Virus record (IMG/VR): IMGVR_UViG_3300046837_000353
Span: 54,011 to 74,010 of that record
Reading direction: 5' to 3' (one strand)
DNA from: an uncultured virus (IMG/VR IMGVR_UViG_3300046837_000353)
Taxonomy: Duplodnaviria; Heunggongvirae; Uroviricota; Caudoviricetes
DNA: 20,000 nt
The stretch's first letter is position 1. Every line of letters starts with the position of its first letter. Under the pieces are notes generated by a model. The model saw only the letters and a program-made list of their open reading frames with translations. It was not told the DNA's origin and made no database searches. The translations under genes were made by a program, and so were the position numbers. Of the stretch, positions 1 through 7,486 are shown in pieces.

Positions 1-42
1 GATCTCCTTTGAAGGATCGTCTTTTACTATAATCCCGTGGCA

Positions 43-477
43 TTACAACCCCATAATTGCCCGACATTCAGGCCCGAGGCCTGAATCCACACTCTCAGGA
101 ACGGTGAGCTTCCTGCCGCATCGACCGCAATTTCCGGAGTGTCGGATCTCCATTTGGGGAGGCATCCGCTCCTCGACGATCCGGTTCCAGAAGAACTCGA
201 ACGCCTTGACCGGGATGCTGTCCGGAGTGTACTTCGACTTGCCCGTGAGCTTGAACATCTTCTGGCAACCCGCCAGGACACCCATGTACCGGTAGTCGGA
301 GTAGTTGTCCGGGCCGACGAGCAGGCCCACGAACCACATCTCCTTCGGGGCCCCGTCGTCGTCCTTGGCCTGGCTGACCTTGAACGTGTACCGCGCGCCC
401 GTCTTCTCACTGGTGAGGGTCAGGGTGGCATTACCGGCGAGGGTGTAGGCTTTGACATCGGCTGCATTCGAAAACAT
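43..477 (-). CDS. DUF6011-domain (zinc-binding) phage protein, 144 aa
   Basis: C-terminal CGRCGRKLTVPESVDSGLGPEC matches the DUF6011 pattern. Start moved to ATG 477, which follows GGAG in the conserved leader. Confidence 0.8.
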   Translation of the reverse strand: MFSNAADVKAYTLAGNATLTLTSEKTGARYTFKVSQAKDDDGAPKEMWFVGLLVGPDNYSDYRYMGVLAGCQKMFKLTGKSKYTPDSIPVKAFEFFWNRIVEERMPPQMEIRHSGNCGRCGRKLTVPESVDSGLGPECRAIMGL

Positions 478-530
478 TTTGATCTCCATTTCTGACTCTC
501 TAAATATAAGCGCTTTGCGCTGAATTGCAA
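478..530 (-). promoter_or_regulatory. Conserved early promoter/leader element, copy 1
   Basis: Sense strand: TTGCAATTCAGCGCAAAGCGCTTATATTTAGAGAGTCAGAAATGGAGATCAAA-ATG. Confidence 0.85.
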
Positions 531-604
531 TAGCCCGTGCGAAAATAATTGAAAAAGATTCTCATCGGCTTCGTATGGACTTACCGGTGCCTGCTCAGGC
601 GGAC

Positions 605-628
605 GGGGGTAGCGCTTTTGCTACCCCC
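605..628. terminator. GC-rich hairpin, possible terminator
   Basis: GGGGGTAGC-GCTTTT-GCTACCCCC, just downstream of the ORF ending at 649. No clear U-tract on the minus strand. Confidence 0.45.
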
Positions 629-648
629 TTAGCTAATTAGCTAATTGG

Positions 649-897
649 CTAATGGAGCGTAGGATGATAAATCGGGTCCTCAAAGCGCAGCGCAAGCGCT
701 AGGTCCAAGGGCTCTTCGATATAATATTCGGCGCGCTCAATGGCGAATTCCCAATCGGTTTGACCGTTTTTTGTGGCTTCGGATACGGCCGTCCGTTTCA
801 CGTCCGCAGCAAACACAGCGCAAAATTCGTCGTCAATGTCAAGATCGATTGCGTCAACATTTGCGTCGATAAAGGCGAGGAAATCGATTTCGGTCAT
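649..897 (-). CDS. Small highly acidic hypothetical protein, 82 aa
   Basis: MTEIDFLAFIDANVDAIDLDIDDEF...; ATG 897 follows AGGAG in the conserved leader. 20 D/E versus 5 K/R. Confidence 0.75.
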   Translation of the reverse strand: MTEIDFLAFIDANVDAIDLDIDDEFCAVFAADVKRTAVSEATKNGQTDWEFAIERAEYYIEEPLDLALALRFEDPIYHPTLH

Positions 898-951
898 TTT
901 GTGCACTCCTGTCTGACCGCTTACATATAAGCATTTTGCGGTGGAATGCAA
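898..951 (-). promoter_or_regulatory. Conserved early promoter/leader element, copy 2
   Basis: Sense strand: TTGCATTCCACCGCAAAATGCTTATATGTAAGCGGTCAGACAGGAGTGCACAAA-ATG. Confidence 0.85.
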
Positions 952-1113
952 TACCTCAAGCTGAAATAGCTAATTTCTTTTACGCAAGCTAAATCAAGGT
1001 GTTACATCGTAGAAATCGATCTCTCATACAGCTCGTATGCAGCCGAAAGTGGGTGTCCGTGGCGCATAGTAGCGGAAATCGAACACCGCACTAGAGGTGC
1101 CTTGAGGCCGTTT

Positions 1114-1767
1114 CTAGAAGCTCAGGTGGTTTGTCGCCACCCGGCACTTGTGCTGACCCTTGACATTCGATGTCGCGCTGCCGCACGGCATGAGCTTCGA
1201 ATCTGGGTCCTTGAAAACCAACCCTTCGACCGGGGGCTTGCCTGGCATGTTTCGGATGGAGTCAAACCATTCGGTGAACGAATGCAGGTGGCTGTGGGCT
1301 AGCCAAACTCCAGGGCAGATGACGGTGTGTGTATGATGGATCTCCCGCTGGCTATGGTCATGTCCGTCACAAAGCCATTTTAGCAATCTCATCCGATCTC
1401 GATAGGTGACGCCGACCAGATAATTGCCGTTTTCAACCAGCAAATCGTGGAGGTAGATCGTGTCCCGAACGCCGACACCCTTGGAGTGCAGTAGTTCGCC
1501 AACGAACACATACCACCCTGTGCCTGGAAATAGGCGCTTCTGAAAAGCATTCCACCGGTCACCGGGTTGCCAGATGAGCTTGTTGGCAGGACCTGCGCGG
1601 CCCATGGCGAAGTTTGACTGATCGGGGCGAACGTACAGGGTCGTACACGTTCCATTCATCTTTGCTTGGCCCAACCACCCGCTTGCCTCGTAGTTGTGTA
1701 GAGTTGAGGGTGCCCCGGCCGTAGTTGGCCGGGGCGGATAAAGGTAGCGGTACATTGGGTAGTGCAT
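1114..1767 (-). CDS. ATP-dependent ligase/capping-superfamily nucleotidyltransferase domain protein without OB domain, about 217 aa
   Basis: Motif I QAKMNG, III FVGELL, IIIa IYLHDLL, YRDR, IV VEGLVFKDP, then a motif-V-like lysine (QHKCR) near the C-terminus. Start taken at ATG 1767 after AGGA; the ORF track starts at 1809. Confidence 0.75.
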   Translation of the reverse strand: MHYPMYRYLYPPRPTTAGAPSTLHNYEASGWLGQAKMNGTCTTLYVRPDQSNFAMGRAGPANKLIWQPGDRWNAFQKRLFPGTGWYVFVGELLHSKGVGVRDTIYLHDLLVENGNYLVGVTYRDRMRLLKWLCDGHDHSQREIHHTHTVICPGVWLAHSHLHSFTEWFDSIRNMPGKPPVEGLVFKDPDSKLMPCGSATSNVKGQHKCRVATNHLSF

Positions 1768-1790
1768 GACAATATTTCCTAGCTTAGGAT

Positions 1791-2390
1791 TTAGAAGAAT
1801 TCCGCCCAATAGGGATTATCACCCTTATTCAGTCTGTATTCGCAACGAATGCCATGAGGCACCCGAAGCGAGCAGTTATTCTTCACCCAGGAATCACTGG
1901 CGTAACTCCACTTTACGGCGATAAACCACATTGCACCGAGAATTTGGTCGGGAGGAACCTTGCATGTTGCAATCGGATCGGGGTCTGTCAGCCGGCCGTT
2001 AGGAAGGATTAATCCCATCAAGCATTGAAAAGGACGCCCTTGAGTTAGTCTATTCATGCTGTCCCGAACGGGATAGGGATCGTTGCCGGACAATTCGTTG
2101 CAGCGCATCTGGATTCGATTAGTTGGGTATAAATAATTTCCCATTTGAATAGCGTTTCCGTCCCCGGCATATTTGTTAGCGAGATTACAAACAACCTGGT
2201 CGGGGTCTGGCATCGAATACTCGGATTGGGGTACTGGATCCACTTTCTGGACGTTGGGTTGTAGTATTGATCTGCACTTTGCAATGAAGTCGGCTGGCCA
2301 ACCATCACAGCCCCCTTGCTCGGTGGCGTAAGCAGGTAGGGCAAAAGCCGACATAATGGCGATCCCGGCTAATAGTTGTAACTTTTTCAT
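1791..2390 (-). CDS. Secreted/periplasmic cysteine-rich hypothetical protein, 199 aa
   Basis: Sec signal peptide MKKLQLLAGIAIMSAFALPAYA|TE, 8 Cys in the mature part, AAGGA upstream. Confidence 0.75.
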   Translation of the reverse strand: MKKLQLLAGIAIMSAFALPAYATEQGGCDGWPADFIAKCRSILQPNVQKVDPVPQSEYSMPDPDQVVCNLANKYAGDGNAIQMGNYLYPTNRIQMRCNELSGNDPYPVRDSMNRLTQGRPFQCLMGLILPNGRLTDPDPIATCKVPPDQILGAMWFIAVKWSYASDSWVKNNCSLRVPHGIRCEYRLNKGDNPYWAEFF

Positions 2391-2413
2391 CGTAGTTTCC
2401 TTTCTAACTTTGA

Positions 2414-3154
2414 CTAGATGGCCTTGAGGGAACCGGTGAGCATCTTCTTGACCTGTGCCTTGGCGTCACCTGGGGTCAGCAGCGGCTTGACGATTTCCCA
2501 AGCCTTCCCGATGTCCTTGAACGCGGGGGTGAGGCTGACTCGGGCGATGAGACCGAACACCGTTTCGACCTGCTCGACCGGGAGGCGGAACACCGCATCG
2601 GTCGCGCTGTCACTGACCACCATTTTGCTGCTGGCAGGAACCGAGATCACGAAATCCTCCGGGATCCCTTTGACTCCGCTCAAAGCTTTGTCGATCTTCT
2701 TGAGCAGGTCCTCGTTGCTGGCGTAGATCGGATTGATCTGCAAGCTGGCCGGGATCGATTCCAGAATCTCCGCAAAGCCCGGGACCGCCGTGATGTTGCC
2801 ATCGGTGTCGTGAACCACATCACCGACCATTTCGGCGAGAAGCTCAACCTCGTCGGTGCTGAGCGGGCTTGCGGTGCTGCGCTTGGTGATGGCAACACGG
2901 CCAGTGGCCTCGCCCTCAACCAGGGAGAGGTGGTCCGGCTTGCTGTGACGCTCGATTCCGGTCTCGATGAGCTGCTCGATCGCGCTCGACTTCAGCGCCT
3001 CCTTTTTCAGGTCGAGCAGGCCCTTGATCGCCTTCATGCAGGCGTCAAGAGCTGCCACCTCGGCCAGACCCTCGATCGTGGTCGTGGACTTTGGCGGCGC
3101 CTTGCCCTTAACGGCCACCGGCAAAACGGCTACTTTTTTGGCATTTGCAAACAT
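2414..3154 (-). CDS. Hypothetical protein, 246 aa
   Basis: Long ORF with GC-ending codons. Start reassigned to ATG 3154 (MFANAKK) after the conserved leader. Confidence 0.8.
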   Translation of the reverse strand: MFANAKKVAVLPVAVKGKAPPKSTTTIEGLAEVAALDACMKAIKGLLDLKKEALKSSAIEQLIETGIERHSKPDHLSLVEGEATGRVAITKRSTASPLSTDEVELLAEMVGDVVHDTDGNITAVPGFAEILESIPASLQINPIYASNEDLLKKIDKALSGVKGIPEDFVISVPASSKMVVSDSATDAVFRLPVEQVETVFGLIARVSLTPAFKDIGKAWEIVKPLLTPGDAKAQVKKMLTGSLKAI

Positions 3155-3207
3155 TTTCGTCTCCATTTCTGACTCTGTAAATATAAGCATTTTGCGGGGA
3201 ATTGCAA
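3155..3207 (-). promoter_or_regulatory. Conserved early promoter/leader element, copy 3
   Basis: Sense strand: TTGCAATTCCCCGCAAAATGCTTATATTTACAGAGTCAGAAATGGAGACGAAA-ATG. Confidence 0.85.
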
Positions 3208-3216
3208 GCCCTGTTT

Positions 3217-3288
3217 TCAAAAGATTTGATGCAGGAGTACCCACGCGAATGGGCTTAACGGGATGAGGCAGATTATGAGTTTGGTCAT
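3217..3288 (-). CDS. Possible 23-aa hydrophobic micro-ORF (MTKLIICLIPLSPFAWVLLHQIF)
   Basis: ATGA overlap with the upstream micro-ORF; stops just before promoter copy 3. Confidence 0.3.
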   Translation of the reverse strand: MTKLIICLIPLSPFAWVLLHQIF

Positions 3289-3380
3289 GGATCGTACTCG
3301 TCATTTCCTATTTCTGGATAGATCTCATCATTTTCGATGTCATTCCAGACGTCTCTTATGAACTTCAGCAATCTTCTCAT
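3285..3380 (-). CDS. Possible 31-aa micro-ORF (MRRLLKFIRDVWNDIENDEIYPEIGNDEYDP)
   Basis: AGGA upstream; fills the gap after the gene ending at 3395. Confidence 0.35.
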   Translation of the reverse strand: MRRLLKFIRDVWNDIENDEIYPEIGNDEYDP

Positions 3381-3394
3381 TGAATTATCCTGGT

Positions 3395-3703
3395 TTAGTC
3401 AGCCGCTAACGGATAGTTGAGCTCACAAAGGTGATCATGATAATCCTCACCAAGATGTGAGCGGGCATCCTTCCGTGAGTCAGCAGCTTCAAGGCAGTTG
3501 AAGCAATTGACTTCACGTGGAGTGCGTCGATAGCCAGGCTGGTTGTTAGGGTAGTGCATTCCGCAAAGCGTAGCGGTCTCCCCACCACAGGTCTGATAAA
3601 GATATGCGTGATTACGGTCGCCCGAATAGAAGGTGACACTGAGCGGCGGCACGTATCTAGGGTAGTTATCGTTGGCTGCGAAAGCATAGATAACGGTGGA
3701 CAC
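3395..3703 (-). CDS. Hypothetical Cys/His-containing (zinc-finger-like) protein, 102 aa
   Basis: GTG start after GGAGA, downstream of the terminator; H...TLCG...VNCFNC pattern. The 178-aa version in the ORF track runs through a terminator and overlaps another gene. Confidence 0.6.
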   Translation of the reverse strand: MSTVIYAFAANDNYPRYVPPLSVTFYSGDRNHAYLYQTCGGETATLCGMHYPNNQPGYRRTPREVNCFNCLEAADSRKDARSHLGEDYHDHLCELNYPLAAD

Positions 3704-3720
3704 GACAGTCTCCGATCGAG

Positions 3721-3747
3721 AAAAAGCCCCGCCCGAAGGCGGGGCTT
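3721..3747 (-). terminator. Rho-independent terminator
   Basis: Minus strand: AAGCCCCGCC-TTCG-GGCGGGGC-TTTTT, directly after the SWIM gene. Confidence 0.9.
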
Positions 3748-3759
3748 GTGTTTGAGGGG

Positions 3760-3987
3760 TTAGGCTGCGACGCCCATAGCGCGGAGGTGCTTGCAGGGCT
3801 TTTTCTGGTGCGCGGGGCCCTTCTGGTAGATGTGACCCGGGCAAGAGCACTGCCAGTTGTCCGAGCCACGACGCTGCGCGATCGTGTAGGTCCGGCCGCT
3901 GGTGCTGGTTAGCGCGAAGCGGGAAACCCACTGGTCGCTGGCCGGGAGGGACTGCAGGTTTTTGACGGTTGAGCTGAGATTTGACAT
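3760..3987 (-). CDS. SWIM zinc-finger protein, 75 aa
   Basis: SGRTYTI...WQCSCP...PCKHLRA fits the CxC-xn-CxH SWIM motif. ATG 3987 follows the conserved leader. Confidence 0.85.
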   Translation of the reverse strand: MSNLSSTVKNLQSLPASDQWVSRFALTSTSGRTYTIAQRRGSDNWQCSCPGHIYQKGPAHQKKPCKHLRAMGVAA

Positions 3988-4039
3988 TTCGGTCTCCATT
4001 CTGACTCTATACATATAAGCGCTTTGCAGCTCATTGCAA
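3988..4039 (-). promoter_or_regulatory. Conserved early promoter/leader element, copy 4
   Basis: Sense strand: TTGCAATGAGCTGCAAAGCGCTTATATGTATAGAGTCAGAATGGAGACCGAA-ATG. Confidence 0.85.
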
Positions 4040-4070
4040 TACCCTGAGCGAAAAAAGGTATCAAAAAGAC

Positions 4071-4104
4071 AAAAAAATGCCCCCGGACTTTCGGGGCACT
4101 TTTT
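4071..4104. terminator. Bidirectional rho-independent terminator
   Basis: A7-TGCCCC...GGGGCA-CTTTTT. Confidence 0.75.
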
Positions 4105-4142
4105 CCTGCGTTTTAGAGCGGGTTATATGATTTTTTGCATGA

Positions 4143-4421
4143 TCAATCATTCCTTGGATGTGGGTAAGAGCATCGGGTAGGGTCTTTTTCAACGCACGGG
4201 TTTGCCCCGTCCTTGCACTTCCAGCAGGCGCTGTCACGAAACCGGCCTTTGGGCAGTGTGCTGGTATCGACTTTTGTCACTCCGTCTTCTGATGATACCT
4301 CGAACACAGTGGCGCTATTCTTCGGATCACGTTGAATCTCTTGGGCAGCTAGTGCAGCGGAGATAGGTCCTGCTGCTGTTAACTCGACCTCCCAAGATAC
4401 GATGTAAGTTTTCTTTGTCAC
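4143..4421 (-). CDS. Hypothetical protein with C-terminal Cys cluster, about 92 aa
   Basis: GTG start 5 nt after AAAGGAG; CWKC...C...C tail. Confidence 0.65.
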   Translation of the reverse strand: MTKKTYIVSWEVELTAAGPISAALAAQEIQRDPKNSATVFEVSSEDGVTKVDTSTLPKGRFRDSACWKCKDGANPCVEKDPTRCSYPHPRND

Positions 4422-4432
4422 AAGCACTCCTT

Positions 4433-4873
4433 TCATGATGCGAATGTTCCATCAGGCCAGATGATAAACACTGGTTTCTTAGCAATTCGGGCCATCCGGA
4501 TAGTCATCCAGGTACCGGAACGTTGTTCTTCTTTGAACATTTTGGGTGCTGCCACTAGTAAGTCTGTCTCGGACACTATCATCCGGTTTCGATCACGGTA
4601 ATCCAGAGCTGGGAAGATTCGAATGGGACTATTTGGGGACTCTTTCCAGGCTCTCTTTTTGGGATCTTCCGGTGGATGAAGGACTAGGGAAAGGCTAAGA
4701 CTGAAGGCAATGTCGTGTGCTTGGGCATCAGCCCCGATGCAGTCACCGTGATGAAACTCCGCGTTGTCATAACCAAGGGTGGCACCTAGCAGGAAGCCAC
4801 GGAGGGCATCGTGCTGCGACAGCGACATGCCTAGTTGAGTGCCGGTAAATCCGATCTTTATCAAAGGGATCAT
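4433..4873 (-). CDS. SLOG-superfamily (DprA/Smf/YpsA-like) nucleotide-binding protein, 146 aa
   Basis: IGFTGT, HHGDCIGAD, RNRMIV..TDLLVA, SGTWMTIRMA..KKPVFII are typical SLOG motifs. Start at ATG 4873 (ATGA overlap). Confidence 0.8.
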   Translation of the reverse strand: MIPLIKIGFTGTQLGMSLSQHDALRGFLLGATLGYDNAEFHHGDCIGADAQAHDIAFSLSLSLVLHPPEDPKKRAWKESPNSPIRIFPALDYRDRNRMIVSETDLLVAAPKMFKEEQRSGTWMTIRMARIAKKPVFIIWPDGTFAS

Positions 4874-4992
4874 GGGCCCACCAGATATCCGATTAGGGCG
4901 AGGAGGCCGAACACGATAAAGATGCGGCCCAGATTGCGCAGCACGGCCATGATAAAGAAGGCCAGTAGGATGCCTCCAGCGATGACTAGCAT
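4870..4992 (-). CDS. 40-aa membrane peptide (MLVIAGGILLAFFIMAVLRNLGRIFIVFGLLALIGYLVGP)
   Basis: Below the ORF-track cutoff. Overlaps the upstream stop and the downstream start; two hydrophobic segments. Confidence 0.6.
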   Translation of the reverse strand: MLVIAGGILLAFFIMAVLRNLGRIFIVFGLLALIGYLVGP

Positions 4993-5234
4993 GACGTCGC
5001 CTTCCGCAGTACATCAGCTACCTTTTTGATGTAGCCCGCCTTGGCGTAGTTGCTGCATTGGATATGCGTGGCGATTTCGGCCCGCAGTTCCTCAAGGACA
5101 GCTTGCCGCTGCCCCTGTTGCCACTGCGTGATCAACGCCATCCCCTCCTCCTCGGAATGGTAAGCCCAAGGCAACGTCTTCATCCGTTCCAGGGCCTCGG
5201 CTTCGGTTTTCGGGTTCAGAATAAGTGTGGTCAT
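4986..5234 (-). CDS. Hypothetical protein, 82 aa
   Basis: ATG 5234 (MTTLILNP) follows the conserved leader. Confidence 0.75.
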   Translation of the reverse strand: MTTLILNPKTEAEALERMKTLPWAYHSEEEGMALITQWQQGQRQAVLEELRAEIATHIQCSNYAKAGYIKKVADVLRKATSC

Positions 5235-5289
5235 TTTGGCTCTCCGTTCTGACATCCATACATATAAGCGCTTTTGCGGCGATTTGCAA
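5235..5289 (-). promoter_or_regulatory. Conserved early promoter/leader element, copy 5
   Basis: Sense strand: TTGCAAATCGCCGCAAAAGCGCTTATATGTATGGATGTCAGAACGGAGAGCCAAA-ATG. Confidence 0.85.
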
Positions 5290-5297
5290 GCACAAAG

Positions 5298-5333
5298 TCA
5301 AAGGAAACGGCGACCCTATAAGCCGCCGTCTCC
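5298..5333 (-). terminator. Probable terminator hairpin
   Basis: Minus strand: GGAGACGGCGGCTT-ATA-GGGTCGCCGTTTCC then TTTGACTTT. The stem uses G-U pairs that form only on this strand. Confidence 0.65.
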
Positions 5334-5414
5334 CCCGCACCTCCAAGAGGTTGCGGTTACCGGGTGGTCCCACCCTGCCCGGAGCAGGTCGTCAGAAGGA
5401 GATTTGGCTGGGAC

Positions 5415-5654
5415 CTAGCCAACTCTGTGTAACTCCGTGATAAACTTTACAAATCCTGTATAGTCCCCACGTTTCATCTGTTTAACCACTTCCATAGCTC
5501 GTTCCTTCGTGAGGAGTCGAGCTGCGGTCTCGGGCGATAGTTGCGCATCGTACCAGTATCGAGCATCGCCTTGATCTGCTTCGTGTGTACCTAGGAATTT
5601 GAGAGCCTTATTGAACTCCCGCCACCAGAGGTGGAATGTAGGTTCGGTCATCAT
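5415..5654 (-). CDS. Hypothetical protein, 79 aa
   Basis: ATGA-coupled to the upstream gene. Confidence 0.7.
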   Translation of the reverse strand: MMTEPTFHLWWREFNKALKFLGTHEADQGDARYWYDAQLSPETAARLLTKERAMEVVKQMKRGDYTGFVKFITELHRVG

Positions 5655-5980
5655 TTGATTCCCGTGATCAGATCAAAGATGGCATCGAAATTCTTGTGGT
5701 ACAACGCCTGCTCGACTGCATGGTGGGCAACCGAACGTGCTTCGGCGTTCCGCGCGCGCACCGCCGAGTTGTATTGGACCAGTGCACCCGGTGACGTAAA
5801 GCCCAGTGCCTTGCAGGCGACCATATCGAACGCCTCCTTGGCGGTGGCACCGATCTCGCAATGCTGCCCGATTCGGGCTACAAAGCCCTTGGGGCAGTTG
5901 TTCACGAAACCGACCTTTTTACGGCCCTCCGTGATGTTCCAGCAGGAGGCGCTAATTTGGGCGAGTCTGTACGTGGTCAT
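5651..5980 (-). CDS. Hypothetical protein, 109 aa
   Basis: ATG directly after the conserved leader; GC-ending codons. Confidence 0.8.
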   Translation of the reverse strand: MTTYRLAQISASCWNITEGRKKVGFVNNCPKGFVARIGQHCEIGATAKEAFDMVACKALGFTSPGALVQYNSAVRARNAEARSVAHHAVEQALYHKNFDAIFDLITGIK

Positions 5981-6032
5981 TTTCGTCTCCGTTCTGACAG
6001 CTTATATATAAGCGCTTTGCGCTACAATGCAA
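5981..6032 (-). promoter_or_regulatory. Conserved early promoter/leader element, copy 6
   Basis: Sense strand: TTGCATTGTAGCGCAAAGCGCTTATATATAAGCTGTCAGAACGGAGACGAAA-ATG. Overlaps the stop of the upstream gene. Confidence 0.85.
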
Positions 6033-6234
6033 GCTTTAATTTTGCCTCACCGGAAATTTCTAGCCATCCATTCTCATCAGAGATGAGGATTGGAGTCCCA
6101 TCAAACTTTAGGGAGCGGAAAATATTGGTGCCACATTCCGGGCAGTATGTCGGCAAACGTGGGTTGACCCAACAGAGTAGCTGGCCGCAGCACGGTGTCT
6201 GGATCAGCCTAAAGTGGATTCGTTCTCTGGTCAT
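6022..6234 (-). CDS. Small zinc-ribbon protein, 70 aa
   Basis: PCCG...YCPECG; ATGA overlap with the upstream gene. Confidence 0.7.
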   Translation of the reverse strand: MTRERIHFRLIQTPCCGQLLCWVNPRLPTYCPECGTNIFRSLKFDGTPILISDENGWLEISGEAKLKLAL

Positions 6235-6506
6235 TGTGGATCACCAATACGACCACTAGGCTTACGTACGTTCTCATCGATCAGCCAGTCGTCTTCTTCC
6301 ATCCAAGCCATGAGGTCAGCACATAGGCGGTTCCAGCCTCTCTCAACCTTCGGCGGGATGTTCAAGTCGGGAATGCTGATCTCGGCACCTAGCTGATTGG
6401 CGCATTCGGCCACCCTGCGCAAGCTTAGTCGTAGGGTGGCGAGTTGCTCTTCAGGTGTTTGCATTTGTTCCGTTCCCTGGTCATTGTGGTCTTCGGGTAC
6501 GTTCAT
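6231..6506 (-). CDS. Hypothetical protein, 91 aa
   Basis: ATGA overlaps at both ends within the operon. Confidence 0.65.
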   Translation of the reverse strand: MNVPEDHNDQGTEQMQTPEEQLATLRLSLRRVAECANQLGAEISIPDLNIPPKVERGWNRLCADLMAWMEEDDWLIDENVRKPSGRIGDPQ

Positions 6507-7486
6507 TGTCTTACTTTGATGTGTCTGCTAATTGTTTCGCCTTGGCCCCGCATATACGGCTCGACAATCCAGTGCTTGTTTCCTCGTCTAGCCAAGTACC
6601 TGCTGACCATGTGGATTCGCGGTGACTTGCGGGTGAACCCTAATGGTGTACGGATTTGCTGCGCGCGCTCGGCAGCGTTAAGATGAATGGTTACCCGGGT
6701 ATGGTCTAGTCTGGGGACTTCATGCCGCTTGACGCGGGCTTTGTTCAGCTTGGATTGATCTACTGGTGTATAGTGAACGATGGGTCGACTGGCAGTTAGT
6801 AGCATCATGATCGCCCAGACCGTAATGTATTCACCATAAACATCGGCGTAGGCTGCTTCTCTTTGATGTGGATTTCTGTTGAGAAACATCTCACCCCATC
6901 TATTAGGTGAATGCTCCGCTGTTTCCCAAATCTGGAATAGAGCTTCCTTTTGGATTGGGTTGTCCGTCCATAGCCTGGCTAGGTTAGCTATTGACAATCC
7001 TAACGTGTTTTCGATCGGTTGTTTGATTCGTTGGTCTAGGTTAAAGTAAGCTGAAATTGGGGCAATGTTGGCCGGGTTTAGATCCTTTGAGATTTGTAAC
7101 CCGTCCATTATTGGGCTTTCCCATGCCCAGGTCACTTGTCCCTTTCGACCACCTTTTTCACATTCAAGGAAAAACCCAACACGTACTGGTATGGGTCTGC
7201 CGGGTTCGTTAATCACGGCATCTGGGAACCTACGACGTAGGTTCTCACGACCGCTTTCTTCCCATTCCACCCACATCTTTGTATAAGGTATGTGACAATG
7301 AGCCATTGCCTCCAACAGGACTTTGGGGCGGCCAAAGGTTAGTTCGGTCGCGGTGTGAATGGCATTGGTATCAAGCAGAAATCTCGGTGCCCCCTTTAGT
7401 TTATCTTCCATAGCACCAAAGATGGCAATGATGGGATTGAATGGTCTTGTCTTGGCAAGACCAGCCATCTCCACTATGTTGTCCAT
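6503..7486 (-). CDS. Conserved phage hypothetical protein with basic C-terminal SPRxH motif, 327 aa
   Basis: Long ORF. TGATG overlap with the upstream gene gives start 7486. C-terminus RKSPRIHMVSRYLARR...WIVEPYMRG. Confidence 0.8.
   Translation of the reverse strand: MDNIVEMAGLAKTRPFNPIIAIFGAMEDKLKGAPRFLLDTNAIHTATELTFGRPKVLLEAMAHCHIPYTKMWVEWEESGRENLRRRFPDAVINEPGRPIPVRVGFFLECEKGGRKGQVTWAWESPIMDGLQISKDLNPANIAPISAYFNLDQRIKQPIENTLGLSIANLARLWTDNPIQKEALFQIWETAEHSPNRWGEMFLNRNPHQREAAYADVYGEYITVWAIMMLLTASRPIVHYTPVDQSKLNKARVKRHEVPRLDHTRVTIHLNAAERAQQIRTPLGFTRKSPRIHMVSRYLARRGNKHWIVEPYMRGQGETISRHIKVRQ

Noticed and set aside
27..495. Alternative-frame ORFs over GC-rich early genes (e.g. 27-410, 139-495, 2418-2726, 2810-3172, 8625-9185)
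   Set aside because: Expected by-products of high GC3; no RBS or recognisable motifs.
2414..3304. N-terminally extended ORF-track starts (also 489, 951, 3931, 4014, 5014, 5255, 8695, 8697, 9600)
   Set aside because: The extensions run through promoter elements, terminators or neighbouring genes. Downstream starts have proper Shine-Dalgarno sequences or coupling.
3395..3703. AANDNY near the N-terminus and a YPLAAD C-terminus resemble an alphaproteobacterial tmRNA tag
   Set aside because: No tRNA-like domain is visible, the two pieces are about 85 aa apart, and the protein ends in D rather than AA. Not called as tmRNA or a degron.
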